Source of the DNA: Escherichia phage RES-2009a
Length of the DNA: 7,513 bases
Sequence record: GQ495225.1
Strand: one strand, 5' to 3'
Shown here: in pieces, positions 1 through 6,663 of the stretch
Numbering within the stretch: position 1 is the stretch's first letter
Layout of the letters: every line of letters starts with the position of its first letter
The notes under the pieces: generated by a model
What the model was told of the DNA's origin: nothing
What the model saw: the letters and a program-made list of their open reading frames with translations, nothing else
The model's database searches: none
Made by a program: the position numbers and the translations under genes

Positions 1-41
1 CGAACGATGAAGCGTTGGAGTCCGTGATTAGTAAGCTATAA
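1..41 (+). CDS. 3' end of an upstream gene truncated by the window edge (possibly small terminase subunit, by position only)
   Basis: Only frame 3 is open from the window start; it reads ...NDEALESVISKL and stops at TAA 39-41, 18 nt before the terminase start. The other two + frames hit stops at 8-10 and 25-27. Function is guessed from position alone. Confidence 0.3.
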   Translation, partial: NDEALESVISKL

Positions 42-59
42 CAATAAGAGGGTATAACA

Positions 60-1640
60 ATGAGTGACGTTTTAGCCTGGGAGGAACTATCCCAATCAGA
101 GAAGCAAGCCATCAAACTTCTGTCTACGCATAACTTCGAAACATTCCTGCGAGTGTGGTTCTCCATCACTCAGGGGCAAAAGTATGTGTTGAACTGGCAT
201 CATAGATACCTATGCAGGATTGTTGATGAGATTATTAGCGGAGAGCGAAAGGATACAATCATAAACGTATCACCTGGCGCCGGTAAAACCGAGATCACAT
301 CAATTCACTTTCCAGTCTATAGCTACCTAAAGCTACCAAGGGTTCGCAACCTTAGCCTTTCATTCTCTGATAGTCTGGTTAAGCGAAACTCAAAGCGAGT
401 GAGGGACCTTATTAAATCAATGGAATTCCAGGAGCTATTCCCAAGCAAGTTCGGGACGTGTAAAGATGACGAGATTCAGGTGCTTGATGAATCAGGTAAG
501 GTTAGATTTGAGTCAATATCAAAGGCCATTGGAGGGCAAATAACCGGATCAAGGGGTGGTTACATCACGGACACTTATAGCGGCTGCATCATGCTCGATG
601 ACGTTGATAAAGTTGATGATATGTTTAGTAAAGTTAGACGTGAAGCGGTGCACATGCTCCTGAAGAACACGATACGCTCTCGTCGCGCAAGTTCGGTAAA
701 GGGAAAGGCAACACCAATTATTTCCATACAGCAGCGATTGCATGTTAACGATAGCTCCTGGTTCATGTCTGAATCTGGGGGTATGGGTATAGATTTCGAT
801 GTTGTGAAGATTCCAGCGATAGTTACTGAGGATTACATCGACACGCTTCCTGACTGGTTAAAACCACACTTTGAGGCCGACGTACTATCAGCTGAGTACA
901 TTGAGCGAGATGGCGTTAAATACTACAGCTACTACCCGCAGAAGGAATCCATTCATGATTTAATGGCTATGCAAGACGCAGACCCATATACGTTCCTTAG
1001 TCAATATCAGCAGGAGCCAGTAGCACTAGGTGGCAACCTGATCAACGTAGATTGGTTCCAGCGAATCAGTGATACGTTCAGACCTCCAGCTAAATACGAT
1101 TATAGATTCATAACTTGCGATACTGCGATGACAACAAAGAGTTATAGTGACTTCTCTGTACTTCAGTTGTGGGGGTATAAGGATGCTAAGATTTACCTGA
1201 TAGACCAGCGCAGGGGTAAATGGGAGGCTCCAGAATTAGAGGCTGAATTACTTGACTTCGAGAAGAAATCAAGGGCAACCAGTCAGTCAGATGGCATCCT
1301 CCGAAAGATCATTATCGAGAAGAAAGCCTCTGGTATCGGCCTGATTCAATCGGCAGGCAGGGTAATGCGAACTCCGATAGAGCCATACGTTCCGGATAAC
1401 GACAAGCTGACTCGCGTAATGAGCGCATTGCCACAGATCAAGGCTGGTAACGTCGTCCTTCCAGAGTCAGGGCCGTGGCTAAGCGGATTGCTTACTGAGG
1501 TTGCAGCCTTTACGGCAGATGACTCGCATAAGCACGATGACCAAATTGACTGTCTAACAATGGCGGTAAACCTTGTTCTCAATATCGCAGATGACCCCAA
1601 AGCCCGACTAATGCGCATAGCGGGAATTAAACAGCCGTGA
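60..1640 (+). CDS. Terminase large subunit (ATPase plus nuclease)
   Basis: 526-aa ORF with ATG at 60 and SD-like AAGAGGG 7 nt upstream. Walker A-like VSPGAGKTE (nt ~274-291), Walker B-like CIMLDDVD, and C-terminal acidic motifs (FITCDTA, HDDQIDC) consistent with an RNase H-like terminase nuclease. Sits directly upstream of a portal-sized gene. Confidence 0.88.
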   Translation: MSDVLAWEELSQSEKQAIKLLSTHNFETFLRVWFSITQGQKYVLNWHHRYLCRIVDEIISGERKDTIINVSPGAGKTEITSIHFPVYSYLKLPRVRNLSLSFSDSLVKRNSKRVRDLIKSMEFQELFPSKFGTCKDDEIQVLDESGKVRFESISKAIGGQITGSRGGYITDTYSGCIMLDDVDKVDDMFSKVRREAVHMLLKNTIRSRRASSVKGKATPIISIQQRLHVNDSSWFMSESGGMGIDFDVVKIPAIVTEDYIDTLPDWLKPHFEADVLSAEYIERDGVKYYSYYPQKESIHDLMAMQDADPYTFLSQYQQEPVALGGNLINVDWFQRISDTFRPPAKYDYRFITCDTAMTTKSYSDFSVLQLWGYKDAKIYLIDQRRGKWEAPELEAELLDFEKKSRATSQSDGILRKIIIEKKASGIGLIQSAGRVMRTPIEPYVPDNDKLTRVMSALPQIKAGNVVLPESGPWLSGLLTEVAAFTADDSHKHDDQIDCLTMAVNLVLNIADDPKARLMRIAGIKQP

Positions 1641-1647
1641 TAAACTA

Positions 1648-1670
1648 AGCCCCTACATGGGGCTTTTTTA
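1648..1670 (+). terminator. Rho-independent terminator-like hairpin between terminase and portal genes
   Basis: AGCCCC (1648-1653), loop TACAT, GGGGCT (1659-1664): perfect 6-bp GC-rich stem followed by TTTTTTA. It overlaps the portal RBS region, so it may be leaky or act as an RNA-stability element. Confidence 0.5.
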
Positions 1671-1682
1671 TTGGAGAAAAAC

Positions 1683-2951
1683 ATGGTCAAGACAGACAGC
1701 TACGCCAATATATTCCTAGGCGGCAGTGATGGTAGTGAGATTTACGGGAGCTTGCAGAATCAGGCACCGACAATTCTGGCTTCGCTTTATGCGGATAATG
1801 CGCTGGTGCGTCGAATCGTTGACACAGTCCCGGAAACAGCACTAGCGGCAGGGTTCCACATTGATGGCATTGATGATGAACCTGCATTCTGGTCGCGTTG
1901 GGATGATTTGGAAATGACGAAGAATATTAACGACGCTTGGGCATGGGCGAGATTATTCGGTGGTTCAGCCATTGTTGCTATCGTTAAGGACAATAGAGCG
2001 CTAACAAGTCCGGTCAGAGAAGGTGCTGAGCTTGAAACGGTTCGCGTTTACGACCGTACACAAGTAGAAGTACAAACTCGCGAGGAGAATCCACGTAACG
2101 CACGTTTTGGTAAGCCGTTAACCTATCGCATCACCACTAACGAAAGCGATATGTTCTATGACGTGCACTACAGCAGAATTCATATCATCGATGGCGAGCG
2201 AATCCCTAACGTAATGCGTCAACAGAATGACGGATGGGGCCGCAGCGTTCTATCCAGTGACATTCTTGACTCAATCAAGGATTACACCAACTGCGAACGA
2301 CTTGCTACGCAGTTACTGAAGCGCAAGCAGCAGGCGGTGTGGAAAGTCAAAGATCTGGCTGAGTTGTGTGACGATAGTGAGGGATTTGGTGCCGCAAGGT
2401 TGCGCCTAGCACAGGTTGATAACAATAGTGGCGTTGGTCAGGCGATTGGTATTGACGCGGAGTCTGAAGAGTACAGCGTTCTAAACTCTGATATTGGTGG
2501 TATTGATGCGTTCCTGGATAAGAAGTTTGACAGAATCGTTGCTCTGAGCGGTATTCATGAAATCATCCTGAAGAACAAGAACGTTGGTGGCGTGTCATCA
2601 AGCCAGAATACGGCACTGGAGACATTCCATAAGCTAGTTGACCGCAAGCGTAACTCAGAACTGCTGCCTATTCTTGAGTTCTTAATCCAGTTCATAGTTA
2701 ACGTTGACGAATGGTCGGTTGAGTTTAATCCCTTAGCTCAGGAATCAAGCAAGGACAAAGCGGAGATTCTGGAGAAGAACGTAAGCAGCATCGCGACGCT
2801 AATTGCATCTGGCGCTATGGATATTGATGAGGCTAGAGATACATTGCGTACAATCGCTCCAGAGGTTAAGATTAGTGACGGTTCAGTAGAGACAGAGGTG
2901 ACAATTAGTGAAACCAGTAACGACCCGCTGGAAGTATCCGCAGACAATTGA
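1683..2951 (+). CDS. Portal protein (putative)
   Basis: About 422 aa, immediately after the terminase and before a Mu F-like gene, which is the canonical position. The ORF-track start at 1671 is TTG; ATG at 1683 with GGAG at 1673-1676 (6-nt spacer) is the better start. Stop TGA at 2949-2951. Confidence 0.72.
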   Translation: MVKTDSYANIFLGGSDGSEIYGSLQNQAPTILASLYADNALVRRIVDTVPETALAAGFHIDGIDDEPAFWSRWDDLEMTKNINDAWAWARLFGGSAIVAIVKDNRALTSPVREGAELETVRVYDRTQVEVQTREENPRNARFGKPLTYRITTNESDMFYDVHYSRIHIIDGERIPNVMRQQNDGWGRSVLSSDILDSIKDYTNCERLATQLLKRKQQAVWKVKDLAELCDDSEGFGAARLRLAQVDNNSGVGQAIGIDAESEEYSVLNSDIGGIDAFLDKKFDRIVALSGIHEIILKNKNVGGVSSSQNTALETFHKLVDRKRNSELLPILEFLIQFIVNVDEWSVEFNPLAQESSKDKAEILEKNVSSIATLIASGAMDIDEARDTLRTIAPEVKISDGSVETEVTISETSNDPLEVSADN

Positions 2952-3636
2952 GAGCCAAGTTAACCGCAATCTCAGTATTGCGGTAACTGAGTTAATTTCA
3001 GCAATGAAGGAGTCAGCAACAAGGCTTAAAATTGATACTGCAGAGGAGCTGGAGGAGGAGGATGGATACCTTGACGGGATAATTGCGGCGCTGGTGGCTT
3101 CGTTTATATCTACAATCCCAGCCATAGGTGCAGCGATATACAGATACAATAGCTCACAATTTCTTGTGATTGCAATCAAAACTGGCGGTAGGTCAAAACC
3201 TAGCGTTCTAGACCTTGAAGTTAATGGCATCAATGGCGATGAGCCGTGGTATAATGATGACATTAATCAGTGGGTTTACACCACAAGCAAGTCAGCTATT
3301 AAATTGCTGAATAACATTAAAGATGACTTTATTCAAACGGCATCAACAGCACAGAATGGTGACTACGTTAAGTTATCAGGTAGGTACAAAACATACAGGA
3401 AGCGAACGGCAAACATCGCATCTGGGATTGTGTCAAGCCTAAACTCTACACTTATGAGGCGTAGGCTAGAGGATGCTGGCGTTAGCCGTTACATCTGGCA
3501 TGGTATGCTAGACGAAAGGGAGCGGCAATCACACATAGTAAGAGAAGGGCTTAGCTTTAAACTTGGTGGTAACGATATATTTCCAGGTCAAGAATACGGT
3601 TGCCGTTGCTGGTCGGTTCCAGATTGGGAATCATAA
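2908..3636 (+). CDS. Minor head / head morphogenesis protein, phage Mu F-like (SPP1 gp7-like) family
   Basis: C-terminal region WHGMLDERERQSHIVREGL...PGQEYGCRCWSVPDW matches the conserved W..DER.R..H......CRC signature I recall for Mu F-like proteins. GTG start at 2908 has a good SD (AGAGGTG, 8-nt spacer) and overlaps the portal gene by 44 nt. The alternative in-frame ATG at 3004 lacks an SD. Confidence 0.78.
   Translation: MKPVTTRWKYPQTIESQVNRNLSIAVTELISAMKESATRLKIDTAEELEEEDGYLDGIIAALVASFISTIPAIGAAIYRYNSSQFLVIAIKTGGRSKPSVLDLEVNGINGDEPWYNDDINQWVYTTSKSAIKLLNNIKDDFIQTASTAQNGDYVKLSGRYKTYRKRTANIASGIVSSLNSTLMRRRLEDAGVSRYIWHGMLDERERQSHIVREGLSFKLGGNDIFPGQEYGCRCWSVPDWES
3090..3097 (+). other. Chi octamer GCTGGTGG (RecBCD recombination hotspot motif)
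   Basis: Exact 8-mer on the + strand, inside the Mu F-like gene; it is not aligned to codon position 1, unlike the other two copies. Confidence 0.6.
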
Positions 3637-3648
3637 CAGGAGAATTAA

Positions 3649-4740
3649 ATGAGCAAAATCCGCTATGACAGCGCAAAAGTAAAAGCACGATTCGATGAGA
3701 ACGGATTTCTCGTCGACACGCCAGTAGTTGCTCGCGTGGGTGTTCAGACTTACATCACACCAGACGGCAAGGAGCGCCGCGAGTTTCGCCCAGCAAGAGA
3801 GGTATTTAAGGCTGAATCACTCGCAAGCTATCAGGGTAAGCCGGTGACCTTCGGGCATGTCACTGTCAACTCGGATAACGCCAGGGGCGTTGTTGTTGGT
3901 GCGGTTTCCGGATCAGGTGAGCGCAGTGATGCGGCAGTTGTTGTTCCGCTAACCATTTATGACAAAGAGGCTATCGAAGCGGCTAAGGCAGGTCGCGCTG
4001 GTGAGTTGTCGGTTGGCTACACGACCGAGGATGTTAACATAGCAGGTTGGGGTAGCAATGAAACTGGTGAATATAAGCTCGATGGTGAATATGAATCGCA
4101 AGATGACATCCCACCTGAGTGGGTTCGCTTTGATGCGCTACAAACCAACATTGTAGTTAATCATGTTGCACTGGTATATAAAGGTCGCGCAGGGGTAGCA
4201 AAGTTAAATTTTGACGCTCAACAGGAAAACCCGTATACTACTGACGTTGATATCAATAAAGAGGATAAACAGGAAATGACAGTTAAAATTAAACTCGACA
4301 GCGCGCAGGAATTTGAAGTCGCACCGGAAATCGCTTCTCACATCGAAGCACTGAACGCAAAGGCTGACACCGCAATCGCAGAGCGTGATGCACTGAAAGC
4401 TAAAGTACATGCAATGCCTGCTGAAATCGAGGCCGCAGTTGCTAAAGCGAAAGCTGATGCTGATGCCCTAGCTGCCCTGGTTGCTGTTGCTGCTGAAGCT
4501 GGTGTAAAAGCTGATGGCCTGGATGCTAAAGGCATTAAAGTTGCCTACGTTAAAGAAATCTCCGGCCTTGATGTTTCAGAGAAATCCGACGCTTACATCG
4601 ACGCAGCCTTCGACATTGCCAAAGAATCTGATAAAATGGCTGAAGTACGAAAAGCGACTACCGCTTACGACAGATCTGACAGCGCCGATGAGCCTAAGAA
4701 ATTAGACCCTCGCGCTCGTTTAGCTAAAATTAAGAAATAA
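3649..4740 (+). CDS. Scaffolding-type protein: N-terminal globular domain plus C-terminal Ala/Lys/Asp/Glu-rich predicted helical region (possible protease-scaffold fusion)
   Basis: 363 aa, ATG 3649 with AGGAGA 5 nt upstream. Located between the minor head protein and the capsid gene. The C-terminal half (from about nt 4270) is low-complexity and charged, e.g. AEIEAAVAKAKADADALAALVAVAAEAG, which is typical of scaffold coiled-coils. The N-terminal roughly 190 aa looks globular and resembles, from memory, an uncharacterised domain family found at this position in siphovirus head modules. Confidence 0.6.
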   Translation: MSKIRYDSAKVKARFDENGFLVDTPVVARVGVQTYITPDGKERREFRPAREVFKAESLASYQGKPVTFGHVTVNSDNARGVVVGAVSGSGERSDAAVVVPLTIYDKEAIEAAKAGRAGELSVGYTTEDVNIAGWGSNETGEYKLDGEYESQDDIPPEWVRFDALQTNIVVNHVALVYKGRAGVAKLNFDAQQENPYTTDVDINKEDKQEMTVKIKLDSAQEFEVAPEIASHIEALNAKADTAIAERDALKAKVHAMPAEIEAAVAKAKADADALAALVAVAAEAGVKADGLDAKGIKVAYVKEISGLDVSEKSDAYIDAAFDIAKESDKMAEVRKATTAYDRSDSADEPKKLDPRARLAKIKK

Positions 4741-4752
4741 GGAGTTATAAAC

Positions 4753-5226
4753 ATGGCAATTCGTTCCGTAGCACTGGCTGGTATGATTTCTGATACTTCG
4801 CTCCATAACATCGACGGCGCATGTGTGGTTGGCGGCGCAACGGCAATCCCTGTCGGCACTGTTGTTAAGTTTTCAACCGCTCAGCCTGTAGATGGGAATA
4901 AGATTGTGGAAGCAACTGGCCTAGTTACCGGTAATGCTCTTGGTGTAGTTGTTCGATCTCACTACGAGACTGCGGATGGAACTGCTCGCGTAAATGAAGC
5001 GGTTAACGTAATGACTCACGGTCGAATCTGGGTTCGCTCAAGCCTTACTTCTGCACCAACGTTTGGCGCCCCAGTTCTGGTATCTGCCACTGGATTGGTT
5101 GAAGATTCGGGTGCGGTTGACACTGGATGGACTTTTGCGGGTGGTTACATCAAAAACACTGGCACAGACCCGCAAGACCTTAGCGTAGATGGCGCGCTGG
5201 TTGAGGTTCAGGTTAAGCAAAAGTAA
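4753..5226 (+). CDS. Small structural protein, Gly/Val/Ala/Thr-rich (candidate capsid decoration / cement protein)
   Basis: 157 aa, ATG 4753 with AAGGAG 8 nt upstream overlapping the previous stop. Composition suggests a beta-rich protein. It lies immediately upstream of the major capsid gene and is followed by a strong terminator. Function is inferred from position and composition only. Confidence 0.55.
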   Translation: MAIRSVALAGMISDTSLHNIDGACVVGGATAIPVGTVVKFSTAQPVDGNKIVEATGLVTGNALGVVVRSHYETADGTARVNEAVNVMTHGRIWVRSSLTSAPTFGAPVLVSATGLVEDSGAVDTGWTFAGGYIKNTGTDPQDLSVDGALVEVQVKQK

Positions 5227-5244
5227 ATCCTAAAGCTAAATTAA

Positions 5245-5267
5245 AGCCTCCTTCGGGAGGTTTTTTT
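5245..5267 (+). terminator. Rho-independent terminator (UUCG tetraloop)
   Basis: CCTCC (5247-5251), loop TTCG (5252-5255), GGAGG (5256-5260), extendable by flanking A-T pairs, then T7 run 5261-5267. Starts 19 nt after the stop of the 157-aa gene. Confidence 0.75.
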
Positions 5268-5273
5268 ATACCA

Positions 5274-5301
5274 TTGCGTGGGCTAAAAACTCGTGTATAA
5301 T
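5274..5301 (+). promoter_or_regulatory. Sigma70-like promoter candidate upstream of the major capsid gene
   Basis: -35 TTGCGT (5274-5279), 16-bp spacer, consensus -10 TATAAT (5296-5301). Predicted start about 5308, giving a roughly 32-nt leader with AAGGA at 5325-5329 before ATG 5340. Confidence 0.5.
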
Positions 5302-5339
5302 GAATCCGTAGACACCTAACTGAAAAGGAACAATAAAGA

Positions 5340-6284
5340 ATGGCCATTAAATTTGATGCAGAACAAGCAAAAATCACTGCTCACCTAGAGCAAATGGGCG
5401 TAGATAAGGCTGATGCCGCTGGTATCTGGACCGTTAGCCAGCTTACCGCTTCTCTGAAGCGTGCTTACGAAAAAGAATATTCAGACAACTCCGTTGTTAA
5501 TATCTTCCCTGTAACCAATGAAATCCCTGGTCACGCGAAGTATTTCGAATACCCAGAGTTTGATGGTGTTGGAATTGCTCAGATTATCGCTGATTACTCT
5601 GACGACCTGCCGCTGGTTGATGCCTTCATGACTGAGAAGCAAGGTAAAGTGTTCCGTTTCGGTAACGCATTCCTGATCTCCACTGATGAAATTAAAGCAG
5701 GCGCAGCTACTGGTCAGTCACTGTCGACTCGCAAACAGGCCCTGGCTTTCGAAGCACACGACAACCTGCTGGATAAACTGGTTTGGTCCGGTTCCTCTCC
5801 GCACGGTATCGTAAGCGTATTCGATCAGCCGAACATCAACAACGTTGTTGCCACTCCAAACTGGAGCGTCCCGCAGAACGCGATTGATGACGTCACTGCG
5901 ATGATTGATGCGGTTGAGAGCTCAACTCAGGGCCTACATCATGTAACTGACATTCTGCTTCCGGCTTCCGCTCGTCGAGTAATGCAGGGACTGGTTCCGC
6001 AGACAAACCTGAGTTACGGCGAATTGTTCACTCGTAACAACCCGGGTCTGACTATTCGCTTTATGCAGATCCTGGATAACTACGATGGCGCTGGTGGTAA
6101 AGCCGCTCTGGCGTTTGAGAAGAGTCCACTCAATATGTCTATCGAGATTCCGGAAGCTACTAACGTTCTTCCGGCTCAACCTCGAGATCTGCATTTCCGC
6201 TACCCTGTAACATCAAAGGCTACGGGATTGATTGTATATCGCCCTCTTACGATGGCTGCAATCAAAGGCATCACCTTCGCGTGA
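5340..6284 (+). CDS. Major capsid protein (putative)
   Basis: 314 aa, size appropriate for a capsid protein, and follows the scaffold and small structural genes. It has its own promoter candidate and SD and is followed by a strong terminator, a layout consistent with a highly expressed structural gene. Sequence identity was not verified by search. Confidence 0.72.
   Translation: MAIKFDAEQAKITAHLEQMGVDKADAAGIWTVSQLTASLKRAYEKEYSDNSVVNIFPVTNEIPGHAKYFEYPEFDGVGIAQIIADYSDDLPLVDAFMTEKQGKVFRFGNAFLISTDEIKAGAATGQSLSTRKQALAFEAHDNLLDKLVWSGSSPHGIVSVFDQPNINNVVATPNWSVPQNAIDDVTAMIDAVESSTQGLHHVTDILLPASARRVMQGLVPQTNLSYGELFTRNNPGLTIRFMQILDNYDGAGGKAALAFEKSPLNMSIEIPEATNVLPAQPRDLHFRYPVTSKATGLIVYRPLTMAAIKGITFA
6090..6097 (+). 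other. Chi octamer GCTGGTGG
   Basis: Exact 8-mer on the + strand inside the capsid gene, encoding Ala-Gly-Gly in frame. Confidence 0.6.
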
Positions 6285-6290
6285 TAAATC

Positions 6291-6312
6291 GCCCTCTTCG
6301 GAGGGCTTTTTT
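6291..6312 (+). terminator. Rho-independent terminator (UUCG tetraloop)
   Basis: GCCCTC (6291-6296), loop TTCG (6297-6300), GAGGGC (6301-6306), then T6 run 6307-6312. Starts 7 nt after the capsid gene stop (TGA 6282-6284, followed by TAA). Confidence 0.8.
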
Positions 6313-6317
6313 ACGTC

Positions 6318-6346
6318 TGTACCAAATGGATTTGTTGGGTTATAAT
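6318..6346 (+). promoter_or_regulatory. Possible weak sigma70 promoter upstream of the 81-aa gene
   Basis: Consensus -10 TATAAT at 6341-6346, but only a poor -35 candidate (TGTACC at 6318-6323 with 17-bp spacer). No TG extended -10. Confidence 0.3.
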
Positions 6347-6376
6347 CACTCAATCAGATAAACAAAGGAGATAAAA

Positions 6377-6622
6377 ATGATTCGTTTAGAACACACTGGC
6401 GCTTGCCTTATCGTTTACAAAGGTGATAAATATTTGCCTGGTGACACTTTCGAGGTTGATGTAATTTGCGACGGGCTCAAGCGTTTAATCGCAGAGGGTA
6501 AACTCACGATTGAGGGTGACACCAAAGCAACCAAACAGATCGCGCAGGAAATTGTTAGCAAGAAAAAGCGCAAAGAACCGAAAACCATCTCCGAAGCTGA
6601 GATTGGCAACGAGTACAAATAA
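6377..6622 (+). CDS. Hypothetical small protein, 81 aa, Lys-rich C-terminus
   Basis: ATG 6377 with AAGGAG (6365-6370) and a 6-nt spacer. No recognisable motif. Bracketed by hairpin terminators on both sides with a TATAAT box upstream. Confidence 0.65.
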   Translation: MIRLEHTGACLIVYKGDKYLPGDTFEVDVICDGLKRLIAEGKLTIEGDTKATKQIAQEIVSKKKRKEPKTISEAEIGNEYK

Positions 6623-6628
6623 CAAACA

Positions 6629-6650
6629 GGGCGCTTCGGCGTCCTTTATT
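6629..6650 (+). terminator. Terminator-like hairpin (UUCG tetraloop, weak U-tract)
   Basis: GGGCGC (6629-6634), loop TTCG (6635-6638), GCGTCC (6639-6644): 6-bp stem with one G-U pair, followed by TTTATT. The weaker T-run suggests partial termination or an RNA-stabilising hairpin. Confidence 0.45.
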
Positions 6651-6663
6651 GTATGGAGCTAAT

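Noticed and set aside
1648-1670. The hairpin after the terminase gene as a pac site or replication origin
   Set aside because: It is a simple 6-bp stem-loop with a T-tract, and pac sites usually lie within or near the small terminase gene; a terminator or RNA-stability hairpin is the simpler reading.
1671-1682. ORF-track start of the portal gene at 1671
   Set aside because: The codon at 1671 is TTG and lies inside the terminator T-tract. ATG 1683 has a properly spaced GGAG, so the extra four N-terminal residues are likely not translated.
2908-3636. Possible toxin or ADP-ribosyltransferase domain fused to the Mu F-like protein (as in some polymorphic Mu F proteins)
   Set aside because: The protein is only 242 aa and ends 7 residues after the conserved CRC motif, leaving no room for an extra C-terminal effector domain.
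4338-4535. Ala/Ser-rich 65-aa antisense ORF and the overlapping + strand alternate-frame ORF 4514-4705
   Set aside because: Both are by-products of the GCT/GAT codon-repeat region that encodes the Ala-rich scaffold tail; the repeat keeps other frames open by chance.
6649-6663. ORF-track start of the 133-aa gene at 6649
   Set aside because: The codon at 6649 is TTG within the hairpin's U-tract. ATG 6664 with TGGAG 5 nt upstream is the better start.
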